Of a stretch of 64,000 nt of DNA, positions 48,420-60,301 are shown one piece after another. The DNA is from Blepharisma stoltei ATCC 30299 (lineage: Eukaryota > Protista > Ciliophora), in NCBI GenBank assembly GCA_965603825.1, contig CBFDEM010000023.1:620001-684000 (forward strand), in the 5' to 3' direction. The position numbers and the translations under genes are program-made. Below the pieces are notes generated by a model. The model did not search any database, had not been told where the DNA came from, and saw only the letters and a list, made by a program, of their open reading frames with translations. Every line of letters starts with the position of its first letter. Positions within the stretch are counted from its first letter, which is position 1.

Positions 48420-49670
48420 TTAGAATACAACACAATTCGATTTTTGCAGACACTCAGATTTCTCTATCTCAGCACTAGTGGATCTCATCCTAACCAAATT
48501 TTCCTTACAGTAGCTCTTTTGAGCTTTCTTTGCGAACAGAAAAGACATTGGCAAAGTTTTGGACTCCGAAAGTCCTTTGCAAGAATGCTTAGGAAGAATT
48601 TCTCTATTGAGTAACTTAGGAAGATTAAGCTTTTCAACAGTTCTTGAGCTTTCTGATGATAGCTCTTCATGGAAAAGAGAACTCAAAGTCCTAAATCTAG
48701 TGTCCCCTTCTTTACTTTTTGACTCCTTTTCTATTGTCCGTGTTTTAATCATTAAAGTCTCTGTTTTTGTCATCTCTCTGAGTGGTAAATTTCAATCAAA
48801 AATTGCTTCTGCCATGTTGATTTTTAGCTTGATTGAGGATAAAAGCCCTTTCATATAGTTGTAATCAGGCTCTGTGTCAAAGTTAAGCCCTCTTACATAT
48901 TTTAGCAGCTCACAGAATTCAGGTGGGAAGCCTTTCATAAGCTTTGCTGGAGAAGTTCTAGCTTTTATTTTCCGAATTTTTGTTTGCGAATATTTTTTTT
49001 TATTTCGGGAAACTCAAGGCAAGTCTCCATTAAGCAAAAACGCAATAGAATAGCACATAGACTCCAAGTCATCCCTTCGCCCTTGCTGAATTCCCACATG
49101 ACAATTAACCGATGCATAATGGTAAGTCCCTACAAATGAACGATTTTCAGCATAAGCTGCATGAACCCCTGATTTATTTACATATTTTTTTGCCAGTCCA
49201 TAGTCTACCAAATAAATAGTATTTTCTACGTCATTGTAAGAAGTAATAAACTGCTGCGGCTTGATGTCTCTATGTATATAGTGATACTCATGCAAAGTCC
49301 TTATCCTTTCCAGCATTTCTTCTGATACTAGTAGCACTGTTTTTAAAGAAAACGTTTTATTGAATCTAGCGAATTTCGATCTGATGCTTTCTCCTAATAG
49401 CTCCATTGCGAGCAAGCCATAGTCACCGTCTTTGGAGGAATAGAGGTATTTTGGGACCCCAGTGACGCCTTTGAGCTTCTGGAGGATTTTTACCTCGTTT
49501 AGAAGCTGGCTGTGCTTTCCTTTTTTTGTCTCAATTTTTACTGCGACTTCTTTGTTGGTTTGTGAATCCACAGCGGAATAAACTCTTCCAAAAGTCCCTT
49601 TGCCTACAAGTGCATTAACGCAAAATCGTTCTGCGAGAAGTGACCCTTTCTGGATGTTTAGTTCTTGCAT
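48420..49670 (-). CDS. Casein kinase 1-family kinase, 416 aa
   Basis: GKGTFG, VAVK, HRDIKP, DYGLAK, YASVN.H.G.QQGRRDDLES, GDLP(TGA=W), FDTEPDY and FD(TGA=W). Confidence 0.92.
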
Positions 49671-50450
49671 TTTTTTAATTTTTATGCCATCTAAAACAGC
49701 TAAAGATCAGGATTTTTATTAGAGTCATAAAATTAAAAAATTAGAGGATTTTAGGTAGATACTAATATTTGTAATAAAAATAAGTGAAAAATTGCATAGC
49801 GCCTGAGACTAATTATGAATTTAATTAAAATCATGCATAGCATCCATTAGTATATATATTTAAAATAGGCCATTAAAGATGTTTTATCTAGTTTGTAAGA
49901 CTATCGTTTTGCAAAATTATTTAAAAATATTTTATTGGCTATGTGAAGACCTATTGATCAGATTTTTGAAATCTGAGACTCAGAAAAAAGGTCATAATTA
50001 ATTAAATCATATTGAAATAATCACCTTATTAATTAGAGCATCTTAATTGATACCGATTTTATTGCTATTTTGATTTTTTCTGTTCCCAGTAATTTTTGTC
50101 ATTTAATTTGAAATTTAAATTTTTTGATTGAGCTCAGAATTCCACATTTTTGCACAAAACTGCAAAACTGCCTACTCTTGATATATTTTTATCAATAATA
50201 ATCTGTAAATAAAAAATACAAATGCTTATTAGTTCATTTAAATTAATTTATTGTTTTCAAAAGCTGACCATATTATTTGCATATTTATTAGTTGCTGTTT
50301 TTACAGTGTTATTTATAATTGATTCATTTAAATATAGTCTTTAATAAGAAATAATATTTTTAAGACTTTTTAAAATAATTAACACTTTATTTCTATTTAT
50401 AATTTTTATTTCAATTTTATGATTAAATTAAATTTTACAATTTTATATAC

Positions 50451-51365
50451 ATGGAACAATCCCGCTATATAAGAGTTCGATTTTTAGGGAAAGGTACATA
50501 TGGAGAAGTACATCTCTACACTGACACCCAAACTGACACAAATGTGGCCATAAAAACCATCAAAGTCTTACAAGAAGGAGAAGGCATCCACTTTACAGCT
50601 TTGCGCGAAATCATGATTTTACAAGAGCTGATTCATCCAAACATCATACGTCTTCATGATGTTTTTTATAAAAATTCGAATATCAATTTAGTATTAGAGC
50701 TAGCAGAAAGTGCCTTAAATGATGTAATTCATTTGACTAGCGATGAATCAACAACCAAAGGCTTGCTTAAACAATTACTAGAAGGTCTAGCATTTATGCA
50801 TGAGAATTCAGTGATGCATCGGGATTTAAAACCAGGAAATTTATTAATTTCAAGGAATGGGCAAATAAAAATCACTGATTTTGGGACAGCAAAAATTGTC
50901 TGTGATGTAGAAGCGCCCAGAACTACTGGAGTCTGCACACTGTGGTATCAGTCTCCTGAGCTGCTATTTGGCACCAAACATTATGGAAAAGCTATGGATA
51001 TGTGGTCAGTTGGATGTATTTTTGCGGAAATGATTAATAAAGAACCATTTTTGAAAGGAAATACTTCTATAGACCAAATCAACAAAATTTTTAATACACT
51101 AGGAACCCCAGGAGAAGAAGACTGGAAAGGAATGAATATTCTTCCCAATTATTGACCATCCCCCGCATCCCCACGAATTTCCTTTGTAAGAGCCTTCCCT
51201 ACAGCTAGCAATGAGGCGAGAGATCTACTAGAAAAAATGCTTATGTATGACCCTAGACAAAGAATTTCTGCATCCCAAGCGCTTCAGCATCCATATTTTT
51301 CCACAGGAGAGCCTCATGCATCCTGTGGAGATATAGCAAGAATTTTAAGCAATTATATAAGATAA
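50451..51365 (+). CDS. CDK7/CDKD-like cyclin-dependent kinase, 304 aa
   Basis: GKGTYG, EGIHFTALREI (CDK7/CDKD-type helix), HRDLKPGN, DFG and PELLFG; extended through TGA 51153 to TAA 51363-51365. Confidence 0.85.
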
Positions 51366-51380
51366 TTTTACTAATAAATA

Positions 51381-52376
51381 CTACGGCGAAACTTGCCCAT
51401 TGCTTCTCTTCTGGAAAAATTTCAGCAGATTTGGCCCTTTCAGCAGCGAAATGCTTGCATCTCTCTTTATATAAGCTTCTCCTTTATTCGAAAAATAAAT
51501 TTCATTTTTATCTCCTTTTTTTACCTTAATCTCAATCACATACAAGTCATTGATCCTCTGCCCATCTTTTCCATGGACATTAGCAAAATTAATCTGATAG
51601 TCATCAGCACTTAAATGTGGGGTAAATGCATTAAGCACTGAATCAATAATTGTGCTAAACTGATCCCTTAATTTTCTAGTCAGCGTAACCCCATTTACCA
51701 GTCCATCATCTCTAATCCCATAAAATAAAGTCCCGCCTTGTGTATTTAGAAAGGCACATATATAAGGGGTAATTAAATCAACCGCTAGGTTTGGGTTAAA
51801 GACTTTGCCTGAGCAGGCTTTAAATTCTGTATGTCTGTCTTCGAATTTTTTTACCTCTTCTTTGAGAACATAATACCCACGCTCACTGGGGAGTCTTTTT
51901 AGATCAGGCATTCTAACTTCTACAGGCACCGAAGTTTCTTTTTTAGCGATAGGTTTAGCCTGAAGAGGCGTTTCGCTTTCGCTTTCAGACTCGTAGCCTT
52001 CGTTGTCGTGGTTGTGCTTGGTCATATTTTCTCGTAATAGCTGAAATTGGTAGCGCTCTTCTGGAGAATGAAAATAAGGGCACGATATAAATGTGCAGGA
52101 AATGCCAAGTTTGCGGTTTACGCACTCTCTGGTTTTAAAATTCTGAGGATGATAGATATACTCGTTAAAATTTCTGCAGAACTTACAGGTTTCATGCAAA
52201 CAATGGTCGGACGTGATCGAGTCTAAACAAAGAATGGGCTCATATGATAAGTTTAAAGTCCGCCGACGGTCTGTTTCGTCGTGAAAAAATGTGCAGTACT
52301 CCTTTTGGCTGCATTCCTGGTTCTTTAGGATGCTGTTACATTGTTTTGTCTTGTAAACTTTCCAAACACTTTCCAT
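51381..52376 (-). CDS. Unkempt-type CCCH zinc fingers fused to a Schlafen/AlbA_2 domain, 331 aa
   Basis: YKTKQC..C..CTFFHDETDRRR and EYIYHPQNFKTREC...CPYFHSPEE, then FEDRHTEFK and ICAFLNTQGGTLFYGIRDDG.V.G. Likely start is ATG 52376. Confidence 0.85.
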   Translation of the reverse strand: MESVWKVYKTKQCNSILKNQECSQKEYCTFFHDETDRRRTLNLSYEPILCLDSITSDHCLHETCKFCRNFNEYIYHPQNFKTRECVNRKLGISCTFISCPYFHSPEERYQFQLLRENMTKHNHDNEGYESESESETPLQAKPIAKKETSVPVEVRMPDLKRLPSERGYYVLKEEVKKFEDRHTEFKACSGKVFNPNLAVDLITPYICAFLNTQGGTLFYGIRDDGLVNGVTLTRKLRDQFSTIIDSVLNAFTPHLSADDYQINFANVHGKDGQRINDLYVIEIKVKKGDKNEIYFSNKGEAYIKRDASISLLKGPNLLKFFQKRSNGQVSP

Positions 52377-52409
52377 TAAAAGTATCTTATATGCTAATTT
52401 TACAATAAT

Positions 52410-53906
52410 ATGGGACGCAGAAATAAAAAAGAGGCAAAGCACCAAGAGTCCCAGCAAGCCAGAGAATTTTTAAAACATCAAGAAAAAGCTCCAAGCTACG
52501 CTGAGCTCTCCAAAGAAGAAAAAAGAATCGAAATCGCCCATGCAGCCACCCTGATTTTGTCTAGCCCTGAGATGCAGCATACCAAAATATTGGCTTTAAT
52601 CGAGTTATGTAATGACCCAAGTGAGTATATCCAAGCTCTTGCTATAACTTCTCTGTGCTCGATTTTTATTGATATTCTTCCTGGGTATGAAATCAAAACT
52701 GAAGAAGAAAAAGTCGAGCATTCCAAAGAGGTAAAAGCTGTCCAGATCTATGAAAACACATTATTAAATTACTATGACAAATATCTCAATATTCTTACAG
52801 TGAAATCTCAGGCACAAAAAGGAGCTTTAAAATGTGTGGCACGGCTTTTATCTGAGCTCATGCATTTTAATTACAGAGAAAGGCTGTTAAAAATCGTTTT
52901 AAGCTCTGCTACAAAGCAGCCAGAGATTGTGATCCCTGCGATAAAGGAAATTTTGCAGTCGAAAGAGCTGGAATTTAGGTTTAAAGCTATAAAAGAAATC
53001 CACCAATTAATAAAAAGCACGTCGTACAAGCTGATACCAGATGAGCTGATTGAGGTTATAGGAGAAATGGACCTAAACCAATTAGAAGCAGAAGAAAACG
53101 GGAAGCCGAGAAAGAAAAAAAAGACTGAAGAAGACTTCGAAAAAGACTTAGAAGAAACCAAAGAAGAAGTCATGAAGCAAAAACTTGTCCAAAGCAACCA
53201 AAGAACATTAAAAGAAGTTTTGGCCATTTATTTCAGGATCATTAAGCAGTGGCCTAAGTCCTTTATTTTTGCCAAAGCTCTAAAAGGCACTGCTAAATAC
53301 TGCTCTCTGCTTAACATTGATTTAGTTTTAGACCTTGTCAAGCATTTATTGGGATTGTTGGGGTCGGGGAAATTAAAAGGAGAAAACCAGCTGCAATGCA
53401 TACAATCCTCAATAAAAATTTTAAGCTTGATAGGAGAAACTGCAAATATAGAGCAGTCCACGCTGATAAAAGTCCTTTACACCTCAATGCTTTCTATCCC
53501 GACTACCAAAGAAGCCCAAAAGACTTATATTAAAGCATTATCATGGCTTTTTTTAGATAGAAAGCAATACTCCTATGAGATGGTTGCTGCCTATTTAAAA
53601 AGAATTTTGCAAATTGCTTTTCACTGTGAGCTCCCATTAATGAAAGCTATGATTTCTCTAGCCAAATCCATTATAAATACCTACCCCAAGGCAGCTAATT
53701 TATTAGAACAAGATGACGAAGGAAACACAGAAATTTACGTCACAGAAACAGATGATCCTTTACTATCAAACGCCAGCAGCTCTAATCTATTATATGAAAT
53801 AAAAGCCTTAAAAACAATCAACGAAAAAGAAGTCCAGGGACTTGTAAAAAGCTTATCTAACCCAAGAGAGCCGCTTAAAAAGAAACCTACACAGTATTTA
53901 TCTTAA
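52410..53906 (+). CDS. NOC3: Nucleolar complex protein 3 (NOC3, CBF/Mak21 domain)
   Basis: SL..IFIDILPGY.I, SKEV.....YE..LL.YY..YL, HFNYR, YFRIIK, and AAYLKRIL. Confidence 0.85.
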   Translation: MGRRNKKEAKHQESQQAREFLKHQEKAPSYAELSKEEKRIEIAHAATLILSSPEMQHTKILALIELCNDPSEYIQALAITSLCSIFIDILPGYEIKTEEEKVEHSKEVKAVQIYENTLLNYYDKYLNILTVKSQAQKGALKCVARLLSELMHFNYRERLLKIVLSSATKQPEIVIPAIKEILQSKELEFRFKAIKEIHQLIKSTSYKLIPDELIEVIGEMDLNQLEAEENGKPRKKKKTEEDFEKDLEETKEEVMKQKLVQSNQRTLKEVLAIYFRIIKQWPKSFIFAKALKGTAKYCSLLNIDLVLDLVKHLLGLLGSGKLKGENQLQCIQSSIKILSLIGETANIEQSTLIKVLYTSMLSIPTTKEAQKTYIKALSWLFLDRKQYSYEMVAAYLKRILQIAFHCELPLMKAMISLAKSIINTYPKAANLLEQDDEGNTEIYVTETDDPLLSNASSSNLLYEIKALKTINEKEVQGLVKSLSNPREPLKKKPTQYLS

Positions 53907-56045
53907 AAATTTTTTAAAATCTGAATTGTTCATTGTTTTTTTCTTTTTGGAAGGATTTGTGTTTGCGCATTTTTTAATAACGATTGGTCTTCCTTCTATT
54001 ACTGGGAATTCAATTTCTAATGCGTTTTGGGCGTCTTCTTCTTTTTCGAACTCAATGAAGGCGAAACCTCGGGGTTTGTCTTTTTGGTCTTTGGGTAGCG
54101 TCACTTTGCAGTTTCCTTTGAAAAATGAGGATAAGCTGTCTTCGGTGATGCCGTAAGGCAAATTGCTAGCGTGCAGAGTGAAATTTTGGGATTTTTTTTC
54201 TGATTTTAAAAGCAGCACGTTTCGGCCTTTAATACTGATTTGAGCTGCTTTGATGGCGTGTTCAACAGCTTCTTTTTCGTGGAATTCTACATATGCATAG
54301 CCTTTGCATTTTCCTTCTAAATCCCTAATAATTCTTATAGTAGAAACATCTCCGTAGTTACTCAAAATTTCTTTTAGCTCGTTTTCTTCTATTTCATATG
54401 GCAAGTTATTCACGAAAAGCAAAAATTCATCGTTTTTAGTTTCTTCTGGAGGCTTGGAAGCTGCTACAGTTATTTTGGTCCCTTGTAGCTCGATTCCATT
54501 GAAAACTCTTATGCATTCCTGTATGTCTTGTTCTGAATTTAAATCAATATACCCGTACCCTTTGGATTTTCCTTCACGATTTCTTACAATTCTGCAAGCT
54601 TTGACTGGAATTACCTGTGAAAAAATTTCTTGAAGCTCTGTTTCTTTCATTTTCAAAGGAATCGGCCGTATAAAGACTGTAAATCTTGCAGTCTCAGCCT
54701 TAATTGGCTTAGCCTGCTGCTTTACTTGCTTTTTTGGAGGCTCTAGATTTCTCCTTATTCTGCTATGAGTTTTAGTAATACTCTGGATTATTTCTTCTAA
54801 ATTTCCGTGGCTTGACTCCCATTCTTTATATTTCCTTGCGATTTCTTGAGGATAGTCCTTTGTATATTCTAATGCTCTTCTGAAAACTTCTCGAATGGAT
54901 TTATTATCAGATTTTTGGATAAGAAAATCTAGATATAGGGTCCATAAGGTGTAGGAATCGCCTTTTTCTCTGACGATTTCTTCATATAAAGAATGGTCTT
55001 TTAGAAGAGAAGCCCTATAGGATTTTAAGACTAAGTGCTGAGGAGGCATACAGTCTTGAAGCCAGCTTTCGCCTTCTTCTAAGATAGCTAGCTGGTCACC
55101 GCCAGATCTTTTTATGTGGTTGCTATACTCTTTTCAAAACTCTGTGTAATCTGATGCATTTGTAAATGAGGAAGTCAAGGCCTTATGCTTGATGTCTAAT
55201 TATTTCTTACTTTCTGTTGGTTTTCCAGCACGCTCATATGCTAAAATTAGCAATTTCCATAAGCCTATGTCCCAATAGCAATTCCTAACAGCCCTTTTTG
55301 CCACTTTTTTATATAATTTCTTATTTTTTACTGCAAAATTCAAATAATCGTACCAAACCTCAGGCAATTTTTGTGCCTTCTGTATGGTCTCTTCCAAAAT
55401 ATATCCTTTTATTTTATCATCTTTTATATTTTCTAAATAAACTTTTAAATTTGCCAGTAAAGCAGCCTCACTGTTATTTTCAATAGACAAATCAATTTGA
55501 GTTTTATATTCACATTCTTCTTGCCACTTAGCAAAGGTGTCAAGGTATTTTTCTTGGATTTTTGTTTTTATTTCTAAATCTCTTTCCCATGCCAGGTAAT
55601 TTTGAAAGGATTTCTCCATGTATTCCATAGGAATAGAAAATTGTTTATTATAGAGCTCTCGGATTTCATTTAGGTCAGTTTTAATGGAAATATAGTATTC
55701 TCATAGAGGCTGATATCGGATATGCCAGGTTAAATCAGCAAAAATTTTGGCATGCTCAGGAGTATTTTGCTTTGGGAAGAATTTTAAATAGAGAAGGCAA
55801 ATACTTGGGTCTAAATAGAAATTACAGTAAAAATCTTTAAGTGAGCGAGCAAAGAGGCCACTAGATGGCTCGTCTTCAAGCCATTCTAGTCACATTTTTT
55901 CAGATAATGGAGTAATTTCTCATAGTCTTTCTCTTGCAGCATTAGCTTCTGTAATAAAGCCAGATTCTCTATAAGCTTTAATCAAATCTTCTTTAATTTT
56001 TGTGTCATAAGGGAGTTCCCTTTCCTTTTCTTCAAGTTCTTCCAT
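53898..56045 (-). CDS. SART3: SART3/Prp24 U4/U6 recycling factor (HAT repeats + 3 RRMs), ~705 aa
   Basis: PLSEKM(W)LEWLEDE, RAVRNCYW...W, FRRAL..TKDYP and three RRMs, with C-terminal MNNSDFKKF; introns at 55811..55825 and 55196..55210. Confidence 0.88.
55196..55210 (-). other. 15-nt intron (SART3)
   Basis: GTAAGAAATAATTAG; contains an in-frame TAA. Confidence 0.88.
55811..55825 (-). other. Probable stop-less 15-nt intron (SART3)
   Basis: GTAATTTCTATTTAG; removal gives KDFYYPSI, which aligns to SART3 KDYICPNI. Confidence 0.65.
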
Positions 56046-56742
56046 TTCCTATTAAAACTAAAGCTATGATTTATAATAATTTTCCATTAATTTATATCTC
56101 TTAAATCAGGGAATTGCTTTCTTATATAGCATGCTCAGGGTATAAAAATGTTACAGCTTATTTTAAAGCCATTCATAAAAAATTTCAGCATATTTTTGAT
56201 TTTCTTTTCAAACGGTATATTTTATTAAAATGTAAAATTAAATATCAAGGAAATAAATTAAAATTTTAGCTAGATAAGAACCGAAATATTAAGTAACGAT
56301 TAATAAATAAGCTATTTCCTCTTATCCAAAAATTATATTTACTATTAAAATTTAATTATTGCATAAATGCAATAATTATAATGGATTCTATGGTTGAAAT
56401 GTAATGAAAAATTGGAAAACGTTTTTGTAAATTCATGTCAAAAATAAATTTAAATGTCTATTAATAACTAGAAATATTATCTTTGTCCAGATTTTGCATA
56501 AAAACTAAACCCCACTTCGCGAAAATTGTTTGAAATCTTCATGAGCATTTTGTGCAATCTTCTTGACACATCAATATACAAATTTCTTTTATCTTTTAAC
56601 ATAAAGTTTTCTGCGAAATATCATTACTTAAAAGTTTCATATTGATTTATTTTTTGATCTATGAAAAAGATGGAAATTCCAGACTTTTCTAAAGCAACTT
56701 TTGAAGCATTGACAATTTTTAAGCACTGTTATAATACTTAAT

Positions 56743-57195
56743 ATGGACGAAAAACGCGACCTCTACAAGATTTTAAGTCTCCCACGAACTGCATCACAAA
56801 AGCAGATACAAAAGGCATACTATAAACTGGCAATCCAGTGGCATCCCGACAAAAACAAGTCATCAGAATCCTCCGCGAAATACGAAGAAATATCAGTAGC
56901 CTATCACACTCTTCATGATTCAAGATCAAGGGCTTTCTATGATTTGTTTAACTATCCTCGAATCTCCATTCCCAAAACCCTTGATGTCCCAAAAAAGAGA
57001 CCAATTGATCCTCTTTTCGATTTTTCAGCCGCCGATAGAGAAGAAAACGAGATTTTAGGAAAACTCGAAAAAGTTATGAGAGGAATTAAGTCTGATTTTG
57101 CGTTTGCACCAGCTATGAAAGTGCAAAAACGCAAAGAAAATGATGACGCATATAATGCGAAAATTGAAAATAAAGAACTCCCTAAGCTAGAATAA
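56743..57195 (+). CDS. DnaJ-domain protein, 150 aa
   Basis: DLYKIL, IQKAYYKLAIQWHPDKN, and EISVAYHTL.D...R..YD. Confidence 0.9.
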   Translation: MDEKRDLYKILSLPRTASQKQIQKAYYKLAIQWHPDKNKSSESSAKYEEISVAYHTLHDSRSRAFYDLFNYPRISIPKTLDVPKKRPIDPLFDFSAADREENEILGKLEKVMRGIKSDFAFAPAMKVQKRKENDDAYNAKIENKELPKLE

Positions 57196-58810
57196 GACAC
57201 CAAAGCCAAAATGTTTGAAATATTATATAAATCTTCTTATAATATTATAGGTAGGAAAATATTAAATTCCAGATCTTTTAAATGAAAGTAAATTTTTTTT
57301 TATTTTTGCTGACTAAAGACTAAAGAAGAAATTGGAAACTGAAGAATTTAGGCAAGTAAAAGATAATTAAAAGTGCATGAATATTATATTTTAGCTTTTT
57401 AATCTATCAAATCCAACATAGTCGGAGAAAGCGTCCCTTTATTAAAATTTTTAATTAAATTGAGATTATTCAAAATTTTCTGTGAAATTAGCTATATCAG
57501 TTAAAAATTCATTTCAAGATTATGAGCTAACTTTACCACTTGGTAATTTAGCATAAAATTCTTTCAAAAGAAATATTATTGGATAAAAATTATTTTTCAC
57601 TGTTTTTATAAATTGCGAGATCAAAAAATGTTTTACTTTATTTTGACAGCGTCTAGGAAAGTAATTGCTGCTCAAATCTCGTTTGCGATTTATTGAGTCT
57701 TCTGTCTCCATTTGGAAGTCTTTATTTTTTTCAAATATTTATTTTCTAGCATATCATCCCCTTGCTAGATCAAGTTTTAAGAGATAGGTGATTAATTTGA
57801 GCTCGGACAAGCGGATCTCTGAAATGTGTATTTAATTGCTGAGGGGGTCTGAGAAGCATATTAGGGCAGCTGAAGTTATTTAACTAGAACACATCTTAAA
57901 ACCCCAGGCCAAAGCAAGGCTCAATCTCATTATATAAAATAATAACCCAATTGAATATAAATTAATCTCGAAAGAATTTCAAAGGAGCGAAAGAAAGATT
58001 GCTACTATTTCAGGTTTTGTATTGCAAGCTTAGCTGAATGGAATACATGAAACTCAGCATCATTTATTGTATTAGTTTCCATCAATTTTAGAATCAATTA
58101 TTAAAATAGCTATGAGAAAGCACATCGAATAAGAAATAAAAGAAATTATCATGCAAGCTAAGGTCAGCTTCTACAAATTACTATAAAAAGATGCTCCTTC
58201 TCTAAAAAGATAAATGTGCTTGATAAAAATAAATAACACTAAAAAATTTTTTACTCAAATATTTTATAGTTAGTTAGAAGAAATGCTAAAGAAAATGCAA
58301 ACGTGTTAAGTTATTTGAAAATCTGCTTGAAAAATAAAATAGCATTGCTCTCTGACAGAAGAGCCTGCATAGCAAAGCCAAAAAATATATGAATCACCTA
58401 AATGATGCAATCAAAAATTCAACTATCGCAAGTCTACGAAAATTAAATTCTTTGACTATAAATAAACTGATCAAACTATATGCAAAATAGTGAATTGAAA
58501 AAATCGAACTTACTCAGGAATATATTCAAAAATCCTAAAAAAAAAGTTTTTGTATAAGGCTAATAATTCGTATTTATAGATATAGAGTTAATATATATAT
58601 AAATCACAGACTATATGATGTGAGTTCTTTTTAGTATTTTCTAAATATATTTAAAAAATATTTATATAAGCAAAATGACTCCCAGAATTTTTCTTAATCT
58701 AATATATTGCATTATTTTATGAAATTTCAATTAAATTCTTGATGCAAAAATTTGGATTCTAAAATGATTTTCATTAAAAAAAAGTAACAGCTTATAAAAT
58801 CTATATAATA

Positions 58811-60256
58811 ATGGGCTGCATTCCTCGAAAACACTTAGGGGCAAAAGCTACAAAACCTGTAGATCTCGTAATTACTCCTAGCATCTTTGTTCGTGAGAAC
58901 TCTCTGGACATAAATGAAGTATATGACTTTGGTCAATCCTTGGGCAGAGGTGCCTTTGGAGAAGTTCGTAGAGCCAAGCACCGTAGCACCAATCTTTTAA
59001 GAGCTATAAAAATACTACTCAAAGACAAACCCTCCACGGAGGCGAACACAGAGCTTTTAAATGAAGTTGAAATGATAAAGGCAGTTGACCATCCCAATAT
59101 CATAAAAGTCTTTGAGTACTTTGAAACCCCCAGAAAATCTTATATTGTAATGGAGCTTTGCCAAGGCGGAGAACTATTTGACGAATTTTCTAAGAGAAAC
59201 GTCTTAAAAGAAGACGATTGCGCGACCGTAATTAAACAGCTGTTATCGGCGGTTTCATATTTGCATAGCCACAATATAATTCATCGAGATTTGAAGCCAG
59301 AAAATATTTTGATAGAAACAAAAGGTGATATTTCCAATGTCAAGATTTCTGACTTCGGGACAGCCACATTGTGTGCAAAAAACGCAAAAATTCGTGGAGC
59401 CCTTGGAACTGTTTATTACGTGGCTCCAGAGGTGCTACTTGGGAATTATGACTCAAAATGCGACATGTGAAGCATTGGGGTTATAATTTTTACTTTATTA
59501 AGCGGGTGTCCTCCATTTGACGGAATCAATGACAACGCAATCTTGAATAAAATATTAAAAGGGAATTACTCATTTACAGGGCCAATATGGGCGAATATAT
59601 CTAGGGAAGCTAAAGACCTAATTTCAAGCTTGCTATGTCCTGTAGAGACAAGGCTGACTGCAGAATCAGCATTAAATCACCCTTGGATTCAGAGAAGATG
59701 CCCGAATAATCAAGACCTGCATTCATTAGGAAATGTTTTAACAAAATTAAAAGATTTCCATTGTGCAAGTAAATTAAAAGAAGCTGTAAGCATTTTTATT
59801 ACGTCTCAATGTATAACTTCTGATGAAACCAAACAATTAAAAGAAGCATTTAAAACCCTTGATGTCAGTGGTGATGGAAAAATATCCAAAAAAGAATTAG
59901 CTGACCAATATACGAAATTCATGGAAGGAGGAGAGTCAAAAGCTGCTGTTGAAGAAATAATGGCAGATGTCGATAGTGATAAAAGTGGCTTCATTGACTA
60001 TACAGAATTTCTAAAGGCGACACTTGATCGAAAAAAATTAGAATCAAGCGAAAATTTAAAAGCTGCATTTAATTTGTTTGATAAAGATAAAAGTGGGACT
60101 ATTTCTGCAGCAGAAATCAGGATGGTTTTAGACACTGGAAATATGGCAAATAGTAAAATCTGGGATGAAATTCTAGGGGAAGTTGATACTAATGGGGATG
60201 GGGTTATTGATTTAAGAGAATTTGAAGCACTTGTGAATAAAAAGACCATATTATAA
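58811..60256 (+). CDS. Calcium-dependent protein kinase (CDPK), 481 aa
   Basis: MGC, GRGAFG, HRDLKPEN, DFG, YVAPE, CDM(TGA=W)S and four EF hands. Confidence 0.95.
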
Positions 60257-60301
60257 AAAATATATTATTTTAATATAAATTCTTACTTTAATTTTAGTTA
60301 T

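Noticed and set aside
15400-49760. Recurrent (T)AAATCC upstream of several minus-strand genes (HPPD, ACSBG, CK1)
   Set aside because: Short AT-rich word, not consistently present upstream of plus-strand genes; it needs statistics I cannot run.
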